Positions 29,991-39,083 of a stretch of 53,689 nt of DNA are shown here, one piece after another; positions within the stretch are counted from its first letter, which is position 1, and every line of letters begins with the position of its first letter. A program made the translations under genes and the position numbers. Source of the stretch: a virus (Duplodnaviria > Caudoviricetes); the IMG/VR virus record IMGVR_UViG_3300029309_000059, positions 1-53,689 of that record, one strand, 5' to 3'. The notes below the pieces were generated by a model. That model was not told the origin of the DNA, did no database searches, and saw only the letters and a program-made list of their open reading frames with translations.

Positions 29991-31424
29991 TTAACCCTTG
30001 AGTGCAACGTGCTGGTTTGGAGCACGAGTAATCAAGTTAATCTCAGAACGGTAGTGGAACTCTGCAACGTCCTCAGTGATGTTAGTGTGTCCGAGAACAC
30101 CACCACCGCGAACCCAGTGCTCAAGCTCACGAGAGTATCCGTTTGACTCTTTGTAGTTCATCTCCAAAGCAGGAGCCTTAGTTCCTGTACGTGGATCAGT
30201 AACCTGAGTCATTGGGACCATAGCACCCATGTATTGAGTAGAAGCTCCGAGCAACGTAGGATCGTTCAACAACTTCCAGTCGTGCTTGTGGAACGTGTAA
30301 CCACCTCTGGTGAAGCTCTTAAAGCCAAGCTGAACAGCGAGGTCTGGAGAGTTTTGGAATGCACCAAACTGACCAGCCAAACCAGCTGTAACGCCAGTAG
30401 AGACACCAGAAGCCAACATGTCGTCAAACGCCAAGTCTTGCTTTCTGTTCAAGTAGCAAGCATACTCCGCAGGAGCTCCCTGCTTATCGAGTTCGATGAT
30501 GATATCATCAAGCTCAGCAAAAGAGTCAATTGGGTTTGCGTTACCACCGCTAGAAACGATACCTCTGGTCTCAACAGCCTCGAAGTAACCTTCAGAACCA
30601 GCAACACCAGTGATCGTGTCGTTAGTTCCAGTGTTGATATTCAAGTTTGAGGTTCCATCAGCCTTGTTTGCGAAGAGCATCATCATCTCACGCTTGTCCA
30701 TGAAGCGAGCACGAGTCTCCTGCTCACCGTGCATGAACCATCTGTAGTCACCTCCAAGGTTGACCCAACCAATGTTCGTTGCCTGAGAACCATTCACCTT
30801 GTATACATCCTTGATGATCATATAAGGGTTGGTACGCAAGGTTGGAGAAGTCTCAACAAAACGTGAGGGCTGCTCAGTGCCTTGATCGTAGATGTTACCA
30901 ACAGCGATAAAGGTACCACTAGTCGCAAGTGCAGTCTGAGTAGTATTGCCATCAAGAGCAGCCAACTTCAGAAAGCCAGCAGTGCCACTAACAGCAGTCT
31001 CTGGAGCGACAAAGTCGCCAGCAATGTTTGTGGACAAAACTCTCCAGCGAGTGCCAGTAGAGGCGTCCATCACAACATCACCAGAGCGAACAACCACATC
31101 AGCGTCGTCACCAACATCAACAATTGCGAGACCGTCAGCACCTGTATCAGAAGCAGCGGACCAACTCTGCAACTTGTGTCTACGCTCTTCTTCCCAGTAC
31201 TGAACTTGGTCGGCAGTACCGCCATTTTTAACAGCTCCAGTGAGCTTCAGAAAACCAGTGATACCTTGATCACCGAAAGTTTTGATCAACAGATCTCTGT
31301 TGTCGGGAGCGTTGTGCTCCAAAAGGGTACCAATAGTAGTGTACTTCTCAGGAGAAGCAACCATCTTGTTCCCAGTTGCGCCACTAGCATCTCCGCTAGG
31401 ACCTGTCTGTGAAATAGTAGCCAT
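29991..31424 (-). CDS. major capsid protein (crAss-like)
   Basis: 477 aa; YWEEER, REMMMLF, LGFKSFTRGGYTFHK and FHYRSE motifs; downstream of the scaffold-like gene. Confidence 0.85.
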   Translation of the reverse strand: MATISQTGPSGDASGATGNKMVASPEKYTTIGTLLEHNAPDNRDLLIKTFGDQGITGFLKLTGAVKNGGTADQVQYWEEERRHKLQSWSAASDTGADGLAIVDVGDDADVVVRSGDVVMDASTGTRWRVLSTNIAGDFVAPETAVSGTAGFLKLAALDGNTTQTALATSGTFIAVGNIYDQGTEQPSRFVETSPTLRTNPYMIIKDVYKVNGSQATNIGWVNLGGDYRWFMHGEQETRARFMDKREMMMLFANKADGTSNLNINTGTNDTITGVAGSEGYFEAVETRGIVSSGGNANPIDSFAELDDIIIELDKQGAPAEYACYLNRKQDLAFDDMLASGVSTGVTAGLAGQFGAFQNSPDLAVQLGFKSFTRGGYTFHKHDWKLLNDPTLLGASTQYMGAMVPMTQVTDPRTGTKAPALEMNYKESNGYSRELEHWVRGGGVLGHTNITEDVAEFHYRSEINLITRAPNQHVALKG

Positions 31425-31437
31425 AATTCTTTAGTTT

Positions 31438-32559
31438 TTATATTTTAAAAGTCATTGTATTCCCTGTGCCTATAATGTTTTTAAGTTGTTCGACAACAGG
31501 GGAAACATTGGGTTGTCCTGTGTTAGGATTGGGATCTGACACTCCAACATTCGCAGCTTTCTCTACAATACCTTTTTGACCATCACCGAGCCCCTGCTTG
31601 TAAGCGTTGGCGACGATGTTGTCAATGTTGTCGAGTACAGCCAGGTGAGAGTTGAATGTATCATAATCCCAGCTTCCGTCATCACGGACGTAATTAGATA
31701 GATAAGAATCAATGTTAACATTATGCCTGACCATCTGCTCTCTATAGTTGTCATCAACCCCGTATGTGAATGTTTTTCCATTCCCAAGGTCAAACTCTAA
31801 ACCATCAAAAGAAGCTGTTTCTTCGACCATGTCGTTAACCCAACCCTCATCAAAATAATCTGCCTCCTCCTCCATCTGTTCTTGAATCTCAGGAGCTGCG
31901 TATTCGGATCGAATTTTCTCGATCTCTTGCTTTGCAGCCTGACCATCAATCTTCATTTGAAGTTGAGACAACCTAATCTCTTCCTCCGTATGGACGTCGG
32001 GATTAAGCTTGTATTTGCTTTGAAGAAGCGTACTGATTTCTTCTGGAGCTAGGTTCTCATACTGAGCAGCCATGTTGACTCTGATAGCAGTCATATCATC
32101 CATTTCGGATGGGTTTAAAGACTGATATGCAAACCAATCAGAAGGGTCTCTGCCAGTATCGGTAACGAAATTGGCAATAGCCTCAATACGCTCATCAAGA
32201 GCGGTTTGTTCTACTTGTAAATCTTCAATGCTTTCTATATCTCTACCAAGCTTATCGCTAATAAAAGAATAGACAGCACGTTCAATATCTTCTTCAGTAT
32301 ATTGTTGGTCCTGTTGTTGGACCTCAGGAGCAGCTTCAGGATCTACATATTGAGTTTCCTCTGGCTGCGAGTCTGTCTGTGAAAAAGACTCTTGTTGTAC
32401 CTCAGTCTGCGGTTCAGGTTGAGCTTCAGGTTGAGCTTCAACTTGAGGTTCAGACTGTGTTTCCTGTTGTGGCGTTTCCGCCTGATTCATAGATGCAGCA
32501 AGGTCCTCAGGATTACTGAAGACCTTCATACCGCCAATCTCTTCGACTGTATTTTCCAT
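31438..32559 (-). CDS. putative capsid scaffolding protein
   Basis: Highly acidic, Q/E/P-rich N-terminus, AYKQG motif; directly upstream of the major capsid gene. Confidence 0.65.
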   Translation of the reverse strand: MENTVEEIGGMKVFSNPEDLAASMNQAETPQQETQSEPQVEAQPEAQPEPQTEVQQESFSQTDSQPEETQYVDPEAAPEVQQQDQQYTEEDIERAVYSFISDKLGRDIESIEDLQVEQTALDERIEAIANFVTDTGRDPSDWFAYQSLNPSEMDDMTAIRVNMAAQYENLAPEEISTLLQSKYKLNPDVHTEEEIRLSQLQMKIDGQAAKQEIEKIRSEYAAPEIQEQMEEEADYFDEGWVNDMVEETASFDGLEFDLGNGKTFTYGVDDNYREQMVRHNVNIDSYLSNYVRDDGSWDYDTFNSHLAVLDNIDNIVANAYKQGLGDGQKGIVEKAANVGVSDPNPNTGQPNVSPVVEQLKNIIGTGNTMTFKI

Positions 32560-32580
32560 TATAATGTATTATTTGATTTG

Positions 32581-32979
32581 TTATCCTTTTTGTCTGGGGG
32601 CAAAATAGCAGATGCATAAACCACTGTGAAGTTCAACTAAATCCCATCTGCCATAGATTGTAACGCCCTTAGGAAATGTATGTGTGGTTGCTGTAGCACC
32701 CTTAATAACGTCTATGGCGTTTGCAGCTGCACCAAATCCATCAGTAGCATGATTATGATCATTTTCAGCGGTCACTGTACTTATAGATCCAATTTCACCG
32801 TTCATCGTTTGAAGCTCCTGAAAAACAGTATCTGCAAGAAACTGAATAGCACAAACATATCTAGTTGCGCTACCACCGTTTAATTGTACACTATCTCCAT
32901 CACTGTCCAATAATGAAGATCCAAACTGGCCAAAGGCCATCATATTCGCTGTTGAAACTTGTGAACTATTATCAGCCAT
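32581..32979 (-). CDS. small structural protein
   Basis: AIQFLADTVF...FPKGVTIYGRW, beta-rich. Confidence 0.6.
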   Translation of the reverse strand: MADNSSQVSTANMMAFGQFGSSLLDSDGDSVQLNGGSATRYVCAIQFLADTVFQELQTMNGEIGSISTVTAENDHNHATDGFGAAANAIDVIKGATATTHTFPKGVTIYGRWDLVELHSGLCICYFAPRQKG

Positions 32980-32989
32980 GTCTTAATTA

Positions 32990-33409
32990 TTATGTCCCTG
33001 AGCCTCCGAAGATTACTGAAGAGTTGTCGTTTCCAAACACACCGTACTCAATCAAGGTGTCAACCCTTGTGGCATATACTGCGACAGTCTTGTCTACAGC
33101 AACGGGAATGAATGCAAACTCACCACCTCCAATCTTTGCAGAGAGAGCGGAATCGCTTTCGGTTTCGTTTCTAAGGTAAATGTAATCTTCTAGCTCTCTA
33201 GCGAGATTCTTGATATACAGATATGCCCTCTCACTCTTGTCGTTAGCGAGATAGACAATCATGTCATTGGTATCGGCAGCAGTGCCTTTTACTTTAGCTC
33301 TAATCAAAGACCCAGAGTCTACATTCAGATCTACCAGAGCCTGAAGGCTAAGGTTTGAGCTAAGGACATCACTACTTGATAGTGTTAAACTTGCTGAAAG
33401 GGTAGCCAT
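32990..33409 (-). CDS. paralog family protein, copy 4
   Basis: MATLSASLTLSS...LYIKN...KIGGGEFAFIP...EYGVF. Confidence 0.75.
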   Translation of the reverse strand: MATLSASLTLSSSDVLSSNLSLQALVDLNVDSGSLIRAKVKGTAADTNDMIVYLANDKSERAYLYIKNLARELEDYIYLRNETESDSALSAKIGGGEFAFIPVAVDKTVAVYATRVDTLIEYGVFGNDNSSVIFGGSGT

Positions 33410-33810
33410 TATTCGTGCATTAGCATGTATTCAACAGTAAGGGCAGAGCTTACACTAGGAGTGTATTTGAAATCATTTGTATCAGCGTCAGCACCATAAG
33501 GCAAGAAAGCCCAGTCACCTGCGTAAAGTCTTCCAATAGCCTCTGAGTTCATAATAATCGTAATAAACTCTGAAGCTGTAGTGCTGAGATTCTTGATATA
33601 AATCTTTCCAGCCATATTGTCCGTATACTCAGAACCGTCGAACAGAGTCACAGTAGCTGTGGAAGATGTAGTCTTTCTTGCAAGACCTGATGTTTCTGTC
33701 AATCCAGTAGAAGTGCCTGCCTTTGTAAGAACAGCCGAAGTAGACAAAGCTAGCTCATCAGATGTGAGATCGTTGCTACTTAGTGTAAGTGATGCTGTTA
33801 TTGTAGCCAT
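33409..33810 (-). CDS. paralog family protein, copy 3
   Basis: MATITASLTLSS...KIYIKN...GRLYAGDWAFLPY...VEY. Confidence 0.75.
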   Translation of the reverse strand: MATITASLTLSSNDLTSDELALSTSAVLTKAGTSTGLTETSGLARKTTSSTATVTLFDGSEYTDNMAGKIYIKNLSTTASEFITIIMNSEAIGRLYAGDWAFLPYGADADTNDFKYTPSVSSALTVEYMLMHE

Positions 33811-33813
33811 GTC

Positions 33814-34215
33814 TTAAGCTCCTTCGTGAAAGACTCCAAACTCATAAGACATACCATTCTCTGAAGTGGTGGCCTTAATATTCTCTGTCCCATCAAATGG
33901 GATAAGCATCCAATCACCAGGATAAAGTCTTCCAATGATTACATTAGATCCAACTTCCATTAAGATGAAAGTATTGGCACCAGTAGTAGAGGTGTTTTTG
34001 AAATACAACTTACCAGCCTGGTTGTCAGCATAAGCACTAGCGTCGATAATTGATATATCTGCCGTAGCAGAAGATTGTTCAACTCTTGAGATACCAGTAA
34101 ACTGAGTCAAGCCAACACTAGACCCTGCTTTCAAAAATGTTGTAGAAGCAGAAAATGTAGCCCCACCAGTAAAATCTGGAGCACTTAATGTAAGTGTTGC
34201 TCTTGTTGTTGCCAT
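33814..34215 (-). CDS. paralog family protein, copy 2
   Basis: MATTRATLTLS...KLYFKN...GRLYPGDWMLIPFDG...EFGVF. Confidence 0.75.
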   Translation of the reverse strand: MATTRATLTLSAPDFTGGATFSASTTFLKAGSSVGLTQFTGISRVEQSSATADISIIDASAYADNQAGKLYFKNTSTTGANTFILMEVGSNVIIGRLYPGDWMLIPFDGTENIKATTSENGMSYEFGVFHEGA

Positions 34216-34227
34216 TTTAGTTCTTTA

Positions 34228-34641
34228 TTATGATGCAGCTGATTGAGAAATAACAGCAAACTCTACAGTAACACCAGCATCGCTAGTATCAATATCAATA
34301 TCTAACGTCCCGTCATATGGGAAGAAACACCAATCGCCAGGGTAGAGTCTACCCAGGGGCTCGTTTGCACTAGAATCAATATCGACTGTCACAAACTTGG
34401 TCCCAGAGGTGTTTGCATTTCTGATATACACTTTATGAGCAACAGTTGTATCTACATAATCTGCAGCAGCGACAATATTTTTATCAGTCTGAGCAGCAGA
34501 AAATACCAAAGTTGTCACTCCTGTAAACTGATCCAAACCCGTAACATTAGAATCTGCCTTTGTTAAGGTAGCAGTGGTATTAAGGTTTGTCGCATCGCCA
34601 GTAATATCACTAGTAAGTGTTATGCTTGCTGTTGTTGCCAT
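34228..34641 (-). CDS. paralog family protein, copy 1
   Basis: MATTASITLTS...KVYIRN...GRLYPGDWCFFPYDG...VEFAV. Confidence 0.75.
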   Translation of the reverse strand: MATTASITLTSDITGDATNLNTTATLTKADSNVTGLDQFTGVTTLVFSAAQTDKNIVAAADYVDTTVAHKVYIRNANTSGTKFVTVDIDSSANEPLGRLYPGDWCFFPYDGTLDIDIDTSDAGVTVEFAVISQSAAS

Positions 34642-34659
34642 TTCATTCTACGTTTGACA

Positions 34660-34667
34660 CAAATATA
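34660..34667 (-). promoter_or_regulatory. -7 element TATATTTG
   Basis: Intergenic, 18 nt upstream of the ATG at 34641. Confidence 0.65.
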
Positions 34668-34671
34668 GTGA

Positions 34672-34890
34672 TTATTTCTTTTTGCCCTTACCGCTCTTAC
34701 CAGCTCTAATTTTAGCAGCCTCTTTCCTTCCAAAATCAGATTTTACTCTCGCCATAGCCCAGGCATGCTGAGACACCTTGGGTCTATTACCAGAGCTCAT
34801 ATAAGCAGCCAGACCTCTGCGATACACTTGTTTTTGTGCAGCGTCAAGGCCAGACATGCCCCCGCCTTTCTTAAACTTCTTGACTTTCAT
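34672..34890 (-). CDS. small basic protein
   Basis: KKFKKGGG...QVYRRGLAAY..SG.RP..SQHAWAMARV. Confidence 0.65.
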   Translation of the reverse strand: MKVKKFKKGGGMSGLDAAQKQVYRRGLAAYMSSGNRPKVSQHAWAMARVKSDFGRKEAAKIRAGKSGKGKKK

Positions 34891-35138
34891 TACATACCCA
34901 TAATTTTCTTGGCTCTAGCTCTTTGCTTCGGGTCTTTCAAAAGAGCAGCCATAAGGCTACCACCATCTTTGTATACTTTTCCTCCAGCCATATACATCGG
35001 CATCTTGCCGCCGCCTGGCATCTTCATGTGCATTTTGCCACCACCTGGCATTTTCATTGGCATCTTACCGCCGCCTGGCATTTCTTTAGCCATTCGCATG
35101 CCTTTCATTCCAAGGCCCTTCTTTTTTTTGTGATACAT
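34890..35138 (-). CDS. small basic Met/Gly/Lys repeat protein
   Basis: MPGGGKM x3, then YMAGGKVYKDGG. Confidence 0.65.
   Translation of the reverse strand: MYHKKKKGLGMKGMRMAKEMPGGGKMPMKMPGGGKMHMKMPGGGKMPMYMAGGKVYKDGGSLMAALLKDPKQRARAKKIMGM
35001..35081 (-). repeat. 30-bp tandem repeat x ~3 (MPGGGKMxMK)
   Basis: Units start at 35001, 35031 and 35061. Confidence 0.85.
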
Positions 35139-35142
35139 ATTG

Positions 35143-35412
35143 TTAGATTTTATCGCGTTGGTTCATAAGTCTTTTTAATCGCGCTTCTACAGCAGGTGGA
35201 AACCCTTTCTTTTTTCTTTTATCCTTAGTGCCTCTATGCTTTTTGTATATATCAGCAATCTGCTGCATAAGTCTTTTTCTTTTAGCTACATCAGCACTAC
35301 CCCGTGTATACTTAGGATTAAACTTCATGCCTTTCTTAGCAGACTTAGGTTTCTTCCCAGCCTTCTTCATGGCAATAGCAATAGCCGCTTGCTGTGCTAA
35401 ATTTTTAGACAT
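35143..35412 (-). CDS. small basic protein
   Basis: QQAAIAIAMKKAGKKPK; Lys/Arg-rich. Confidence 0.65.
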   Translation of the reverse strand: MSKNLAQQAAIAIAMKKAGKKPKSAKKGMKFNPKYTRGSADVAKRKRLMQQIADIYKKHRGTKDKRKKKGFPPAVEARLKRLMNQRDKI

Positions 35413-35669
35413 TACTTCTTGGGATGATTTACTAATTTAAAATCTGCCTTAGGCACAGCACCTGGATGTGGCTTGTATTCTCCTTTCATGAGATAATATC
35501 TCCCATCCTCAAGCATCCAATGGTGTCCTTTTGGCGGATCAATAGCTACCTTCTTGTTTGATATAGAAAGCTTTGGAGCCTTTCCTCCTTTTTTGAGAAC
35601 TTTCATTCCCTTTTTTACTTTAGGGGGTCTCCCTACTTGTTTTCCGTATGTACCTTGTCCTTGTGGCAT
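35412..35669 (-). CDS. small basic protein
   Basis: MPQGQGTYGKQVGRPPK...PPKGHHWM. Confidence 0.65.
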   Translation of the reverse strand: MPQGQGTYGKQVGRPPKVKKGMKVLKKGGKAPKLSISNKKVAIDPPKGHHWMLEDGRYYLMKGEYKPHPGAVPKADFKLVNHPKK

Positions 35670-35679
35670 GATTTTGTTT

Positions 35680-35988
35680 TTAACAGTTCCATTTTCTTAG
35701 AGCCTTGTTGATACGAGAGTTTGGATCTCTCGCAGTCTTTGCGCTGGTTAATCTTTTCTTCATCCCCTTCATCCTAGCACAAAAAGACTTACGTCTCTTA
35801 GCATCTTTACTTCCAGCCTTGAGTTTAGATGGTTTTGTCGTAACAGCGGTTTTAAGTTTGCTGCCAGGATTAGCTGCTCGATATCTTCTAACACCCTTAG
35901 CTGTTAAACCACCAGAGGCAGACTTATCTCCACTTTTTACAGAGAATTTTTTAGGCATCCTGCCCTTTCTTTTCTTCACCCTTGGCAT
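35680..35988 (-). CDS. basic phage protein
   Basis: GGLTAKG...NPGSKLK...RRKSFCARM...DPNSRINKALRKWNC pattern; -7 element at 35993-36000, 4 nt upstream. Confidence 0.75.
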   Translation of the reverse strand: MPRVKKRKGRMPKKFSVKSGDKSASGGLTAKGVRRYRAANPGSKLKTAVTTKPSKLKAGSKDAKRRKSFCARMKGMKKRLTSAKTARDPNSRINKALRKWNC

Positions 35989-36011
35989 ATGACAAATATA
36001 GACACAACAGT

Positions 36012-36149
36012 TTATACTGTAATCTCTAAAGATACTTCAGATGAAGCATTTAAAGAGGGCATGGTAAAAGTCGAAGAGGCATCAGCAGGGACAGAAATCT
36101 CAACACTAATTCTTTGTATTGTCGGAAGGTTTATTGTTACTTCAGACAT
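36012..36149 (-). CDS. 45-aa hypothetical protein (not in ORF track)
   Basis: MSEVTINLPTIQRISVEISVPADASSTFTMPSLNASSEVSLEITV; starts 2 nt after the upstream stop. Confidence 0.5.
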   Translation of the reverse strand: MSEVTINLPTIQRISVEISVPADASSTFTMPSLNASSEVSLEITV

Positions 36150-36151
36150 CG

Positions 36152-36598
36152 TTATACGAATCTTGTTGTTACGTCTTCATTCACGATAAAAGAACCTTTA
36201 ACCCAAGTTTGCACATTATCTATTGCACCACCAATAATAGTATTTGCTTGCAAGTCGTATACATAGACACCGCTTGCAATTTTAGACATTTCCTCAGCAT
36301 CAATAACTATTCTAATCTTCCCATCAGAACCGTCTGATGTCACATTTTCAATAGTTACATTGCTAACCTTGTCCCTGCGTGCGTTGCTATTGGTTGAAAG
36401 TCTTGCGCTATCGACATCATCGGTTGCAAGGTCTCTCACTTCAAAGCTAAATGTATATGTAGGGACAGATCCATCTATATCTCCTACATTAATTACGGTG
36501 CCAGTAGAGTCCTTAAAAGTTATAATCAAACGAAAAGTATCACCCCTACGACAAGTTATGTCGAGTTTTTGAGCTACGTCTAAGTTTACTGAAGACAT
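36152..36598 (-). CDS. BppU N-terminal-like (Ig-like) structural protein
   Basis: LDITCRRGDTF...G.I.I.I...GVYVYDLQ...WVKGSF.V.EDVT. Confidence 0.65.
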   Translation of the reverse strand: MSSVNLDVAQKLDITCRRGDTFRLIITFKDSTGTVINVGDIDGSVPTYTFSFEVRDLATDDVDSARLSTNSNARRDKVSNVTIENVTSDGSDGKIRIVIDAEEMSKIASGVYVYDLQANTIIGGAIDNVQTWVKGSFIVNEDVTTRFV

Positions 36599-39033
36599 TA
36601 TCTGTTTATCATTAAGTTAGCTTGAGTATCGTCTTGAACAGGACCCCTCTCTCCCTTTCTCTGAGACATAAGTTTACTCTGTTCTATAGCCTGCTTAGTC
36701 ACCCTCTTATCCTTTCTATCCTCTTTGAAGATTTCTAACTTCTCTCTAAATTGATTGTCATCTTCTTTAAATCCAAGAGTTGCCTGAGCCTTTATAATCT
36801 CTATCTCTTTTCTCATCTCATGCAAAGCAGCCGCCACTTGTATTTCGCTTTGAGCTTTTAATTGTACTTTTTGAGCTTCTAACTGAGCTTCTGATTGCAG
36901 TCTTTGAGCCTCTACCTGTGCGGCGACCTGTTTTTGTTGCATAGCCATTTGCTGTTGTTGCTCGGCAAGCTGCTGTTGCTGTTGCATAGCCTCTGACTTT
37001 CTTTTCTTCCTTCTAATAATAAGAAGTCTTTCTGCCTGATTGATATCCTTCAGATCTCTTATAGCCATAGCATCTTCTAGATCTATTTCTTTCTGACCAA
37101 GAGATATCTGAATCATCTGTTCTATCTCAGCCTTCTCTCTAACCTCCATCTCTTTAACAACAGTAACACCAAAATTATACATCTTCAAATCACTAAATGA
37201 AGACAGCACTTCCATGTTTGATTCTCCTACAGCGTTTTCATATATCTTATATAGGACAGACTCCATAGGAAGTACCTGAAGGCATTTTACAACATCCTGA
37301 CATACCTGCTTAAATAAAGTCATTGAAGCGTCAGTGATATCGTATGTAGCATTATTACTGGCTTGAATAGCCTGCTCTCTGACACCCACCAAAGCATCAG
37401 ACTTAGGTGTAGACGCATCAGTTACTTCATTGATTCCTGTGGTATCCCTAATGAGTCGTAAGTAATGATTATACAGACCAATAAGCTCATTAATATTTCT
37501 GATACTATTACCAATCTCTCTAATAGGTGGATTTTGAAAACCGCCTTCAGGGTTTTTGCTTCTGTAATAGAAGACACCAGTCTGCTCGTAGATATCATGA
37601 AGATCAAGGGGCTGAAGTTCTCCAGCCTTACCAAGCTGAACATTTTCTAAACCCTCGATATCAATAATCAAACCATCTGGCTTGGCTTTTGCTATCGCCT
37701 GCTGAAGCTTCAGGTGAGTGATTTGAAGCATATCAGCAAAACCGATACAGCTATCAACCATAGACTTAGGGACCATATCCCTCAGGTTAGACGCGGCTAC
37801 GGAATAAGAAAGTTTACATCTTGATATATCATGAGCATTCTTGGGAACATTCATTTTCTTCCCATACCCATATAGATGTTTTGTATTAAGAACATAGCTA
37901 CCCTCGTAGATATTCTCAATCTCCATACTATAAGGAGTTCTCTTAAATACACTACCAGACTTTGGCTTGTATTGAAACCCCTTAAAATAAAATCCGCTGT
38001 TGCCAAATCGGTTCTCTTTTTCCTCGAAGTGCATGCACTCAACTGACTTAAACTCAAAGTCTAACACCTCAACTAAATACTCATCGTAGTCATAAGTATT
38101 TCTCTTTGACATCTCATCGTACCTCCTCTTGTGCATATTAGCACTATTGTTACCATACTTCCCAGATACAGATTTAGCAATCATCTCATAATCCTCCTCG
38201 GTGAGATCACTACCCGCTAAACGCTTGAGCTCTTGTATGGTAATCTTCTTTATATGACCCGCATACGATAAATCTTTAAAAGACGGATCGTCAGTAAAGC
38301 TGTGTACAAAATTTGATGGGTCTACATACTCAGTAGATATCCCGTAGTTAGGATCGTTATGCCTTTTAATTACAGCCATTCCGCATGTAACGACATCATT
38401 GACACACCTTCTAAACGTCGAATCAAAAAAGTCTGACCACGTAAGCGTAAGGTTTATACCAAGCTGAGCAGCAACCTCTGCATCTGTCTTGATATTAGTA
38501 CCCATGAAGATCTCAGCTTCCTCAAGATTATCTGGAATCTCAGATGGATCTTTTTTAATAATCAAGCCAGATTCTTCCTTGAGTATTTCAAGCTGTTTTT
38601 TAGCTCTTACCTCAGCCTCTAATCTTCTTTTTTTCTTATCCTTTTCTGAAGAGGAAAGAGGGTCTACTGCTTCTACGTTAGGGTATGGACTTTTTGAAAG
38701 CACATTGTTTGCCACTATACGTACAAACTTTGGTAAGATTGGGACAGGTGTAAAATCTAAGTTCAGAAGAGTCCCGTCTGAAGCATTGTTATCCAGACCA
38801 GTGAGAAGCTTTTTGTAGATAGTAGTATCCTGAGTCCCGTTGGCATATTTACGATTTTTATCAAAAATCTCATGCCTTCTTCTAAAGACTGAATGTCTGT
38901 CAGCTACACTGCCCCACTGTGCCTCGATAGCTTTTGCATACTGCAACCCATAACCCTTTGATGCTTTTTGATCTGGCGAAGCCAAGGGATTGGGAAAGCT
39001 CGTTCCAGTCCTGGTTCCGCTTTCTTTATACAT
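36598..39033 (-). CDS. portal protein (crAss-like)
   Basis: 811 aa directly downstream of the terminase; PVPILPKFV, IRDTTGINE, Q-rich C-terminal barrel helix. Confidence 0.85.
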   Translation of the reverse strand: MYKESGTRTGTSFPNPLASPDQKASKGYGLQYAKAIEAQWGSVADRHSVFRRRHEIFDKNRKYANGTQDTTIYKKLLTGLDNNASDGTLLNLDFTPVPILPKFVRIVANNVLSKSPYPNVEAVDPLSSSEKDKKKRRLEAEVRAKKQLEILKEESGLIIKKDPSEIPDNLEEAEIFMGTNIKTDAEVAAQLGINLTLTWSDFFDSTFRRCVNDVVTCGMAVIKRHNDPNYGISTEYVDPSNFVHSFTDDPSFKDLSYAGHIKKITIQELKRLAGSDLTEEDYEMIAKSVSGKYGNNSANMHKRRYDEMSKRNTYDYDEYLVEVLDFEFKSVECMHFEEKENRFGNSGFYFKGFQYKPKSGSVFKRTPYSMEIENIYEGSYVLNTKHLYGYGKKMNVPKNAHDISRCKLSYSVAASNLRDMVPKSMVDSCIGFADMLQITHLKLQQAIAKAKPDGLIIDIEGLENVQLGKAGELQPLDLHDIYEQTGVFYYRSKNPEGGFQNPPIREIGNSIRNINELIGLYNHYLRLIRDTTGINEVTDASTPKSDALVGVREQAIQASNNATYDITDASMTLFKQVCQDVVKCLQVLPMESVLYKIYENAVGESNMEVLSSFSDLKMYNFGVTVVKEMEVREKAEIEQMIQISLGQKEIDLEDAMAIRDLKDINQAERLLIIRRKKRKSEAMQQQQQLAEQQQQMAMQQKQVAAQVEAQRLQSEAQLEAQKVQLKAQSEIQVAAALHEMRKEIEIIKAQATLGFKEDDNQFREKLEIFKEDRKDKRVTKQAIEQSKLMSQRKGERGPVQDDTQANLMINR

Positions 39034-39053
39034 GTTGGGTATTATGCTTTATG

Positions 39054-39061
39054 CAAATATA
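39054..39061 (-). promoter_or_regulatory. -7 element TATATTTG
   Basis: Intergenic, 20 nt upstream of the portal ATG. Confidence 0.65.
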
Positions 39062-39083
39062 GTAAATCAACAGTTTTTATATA

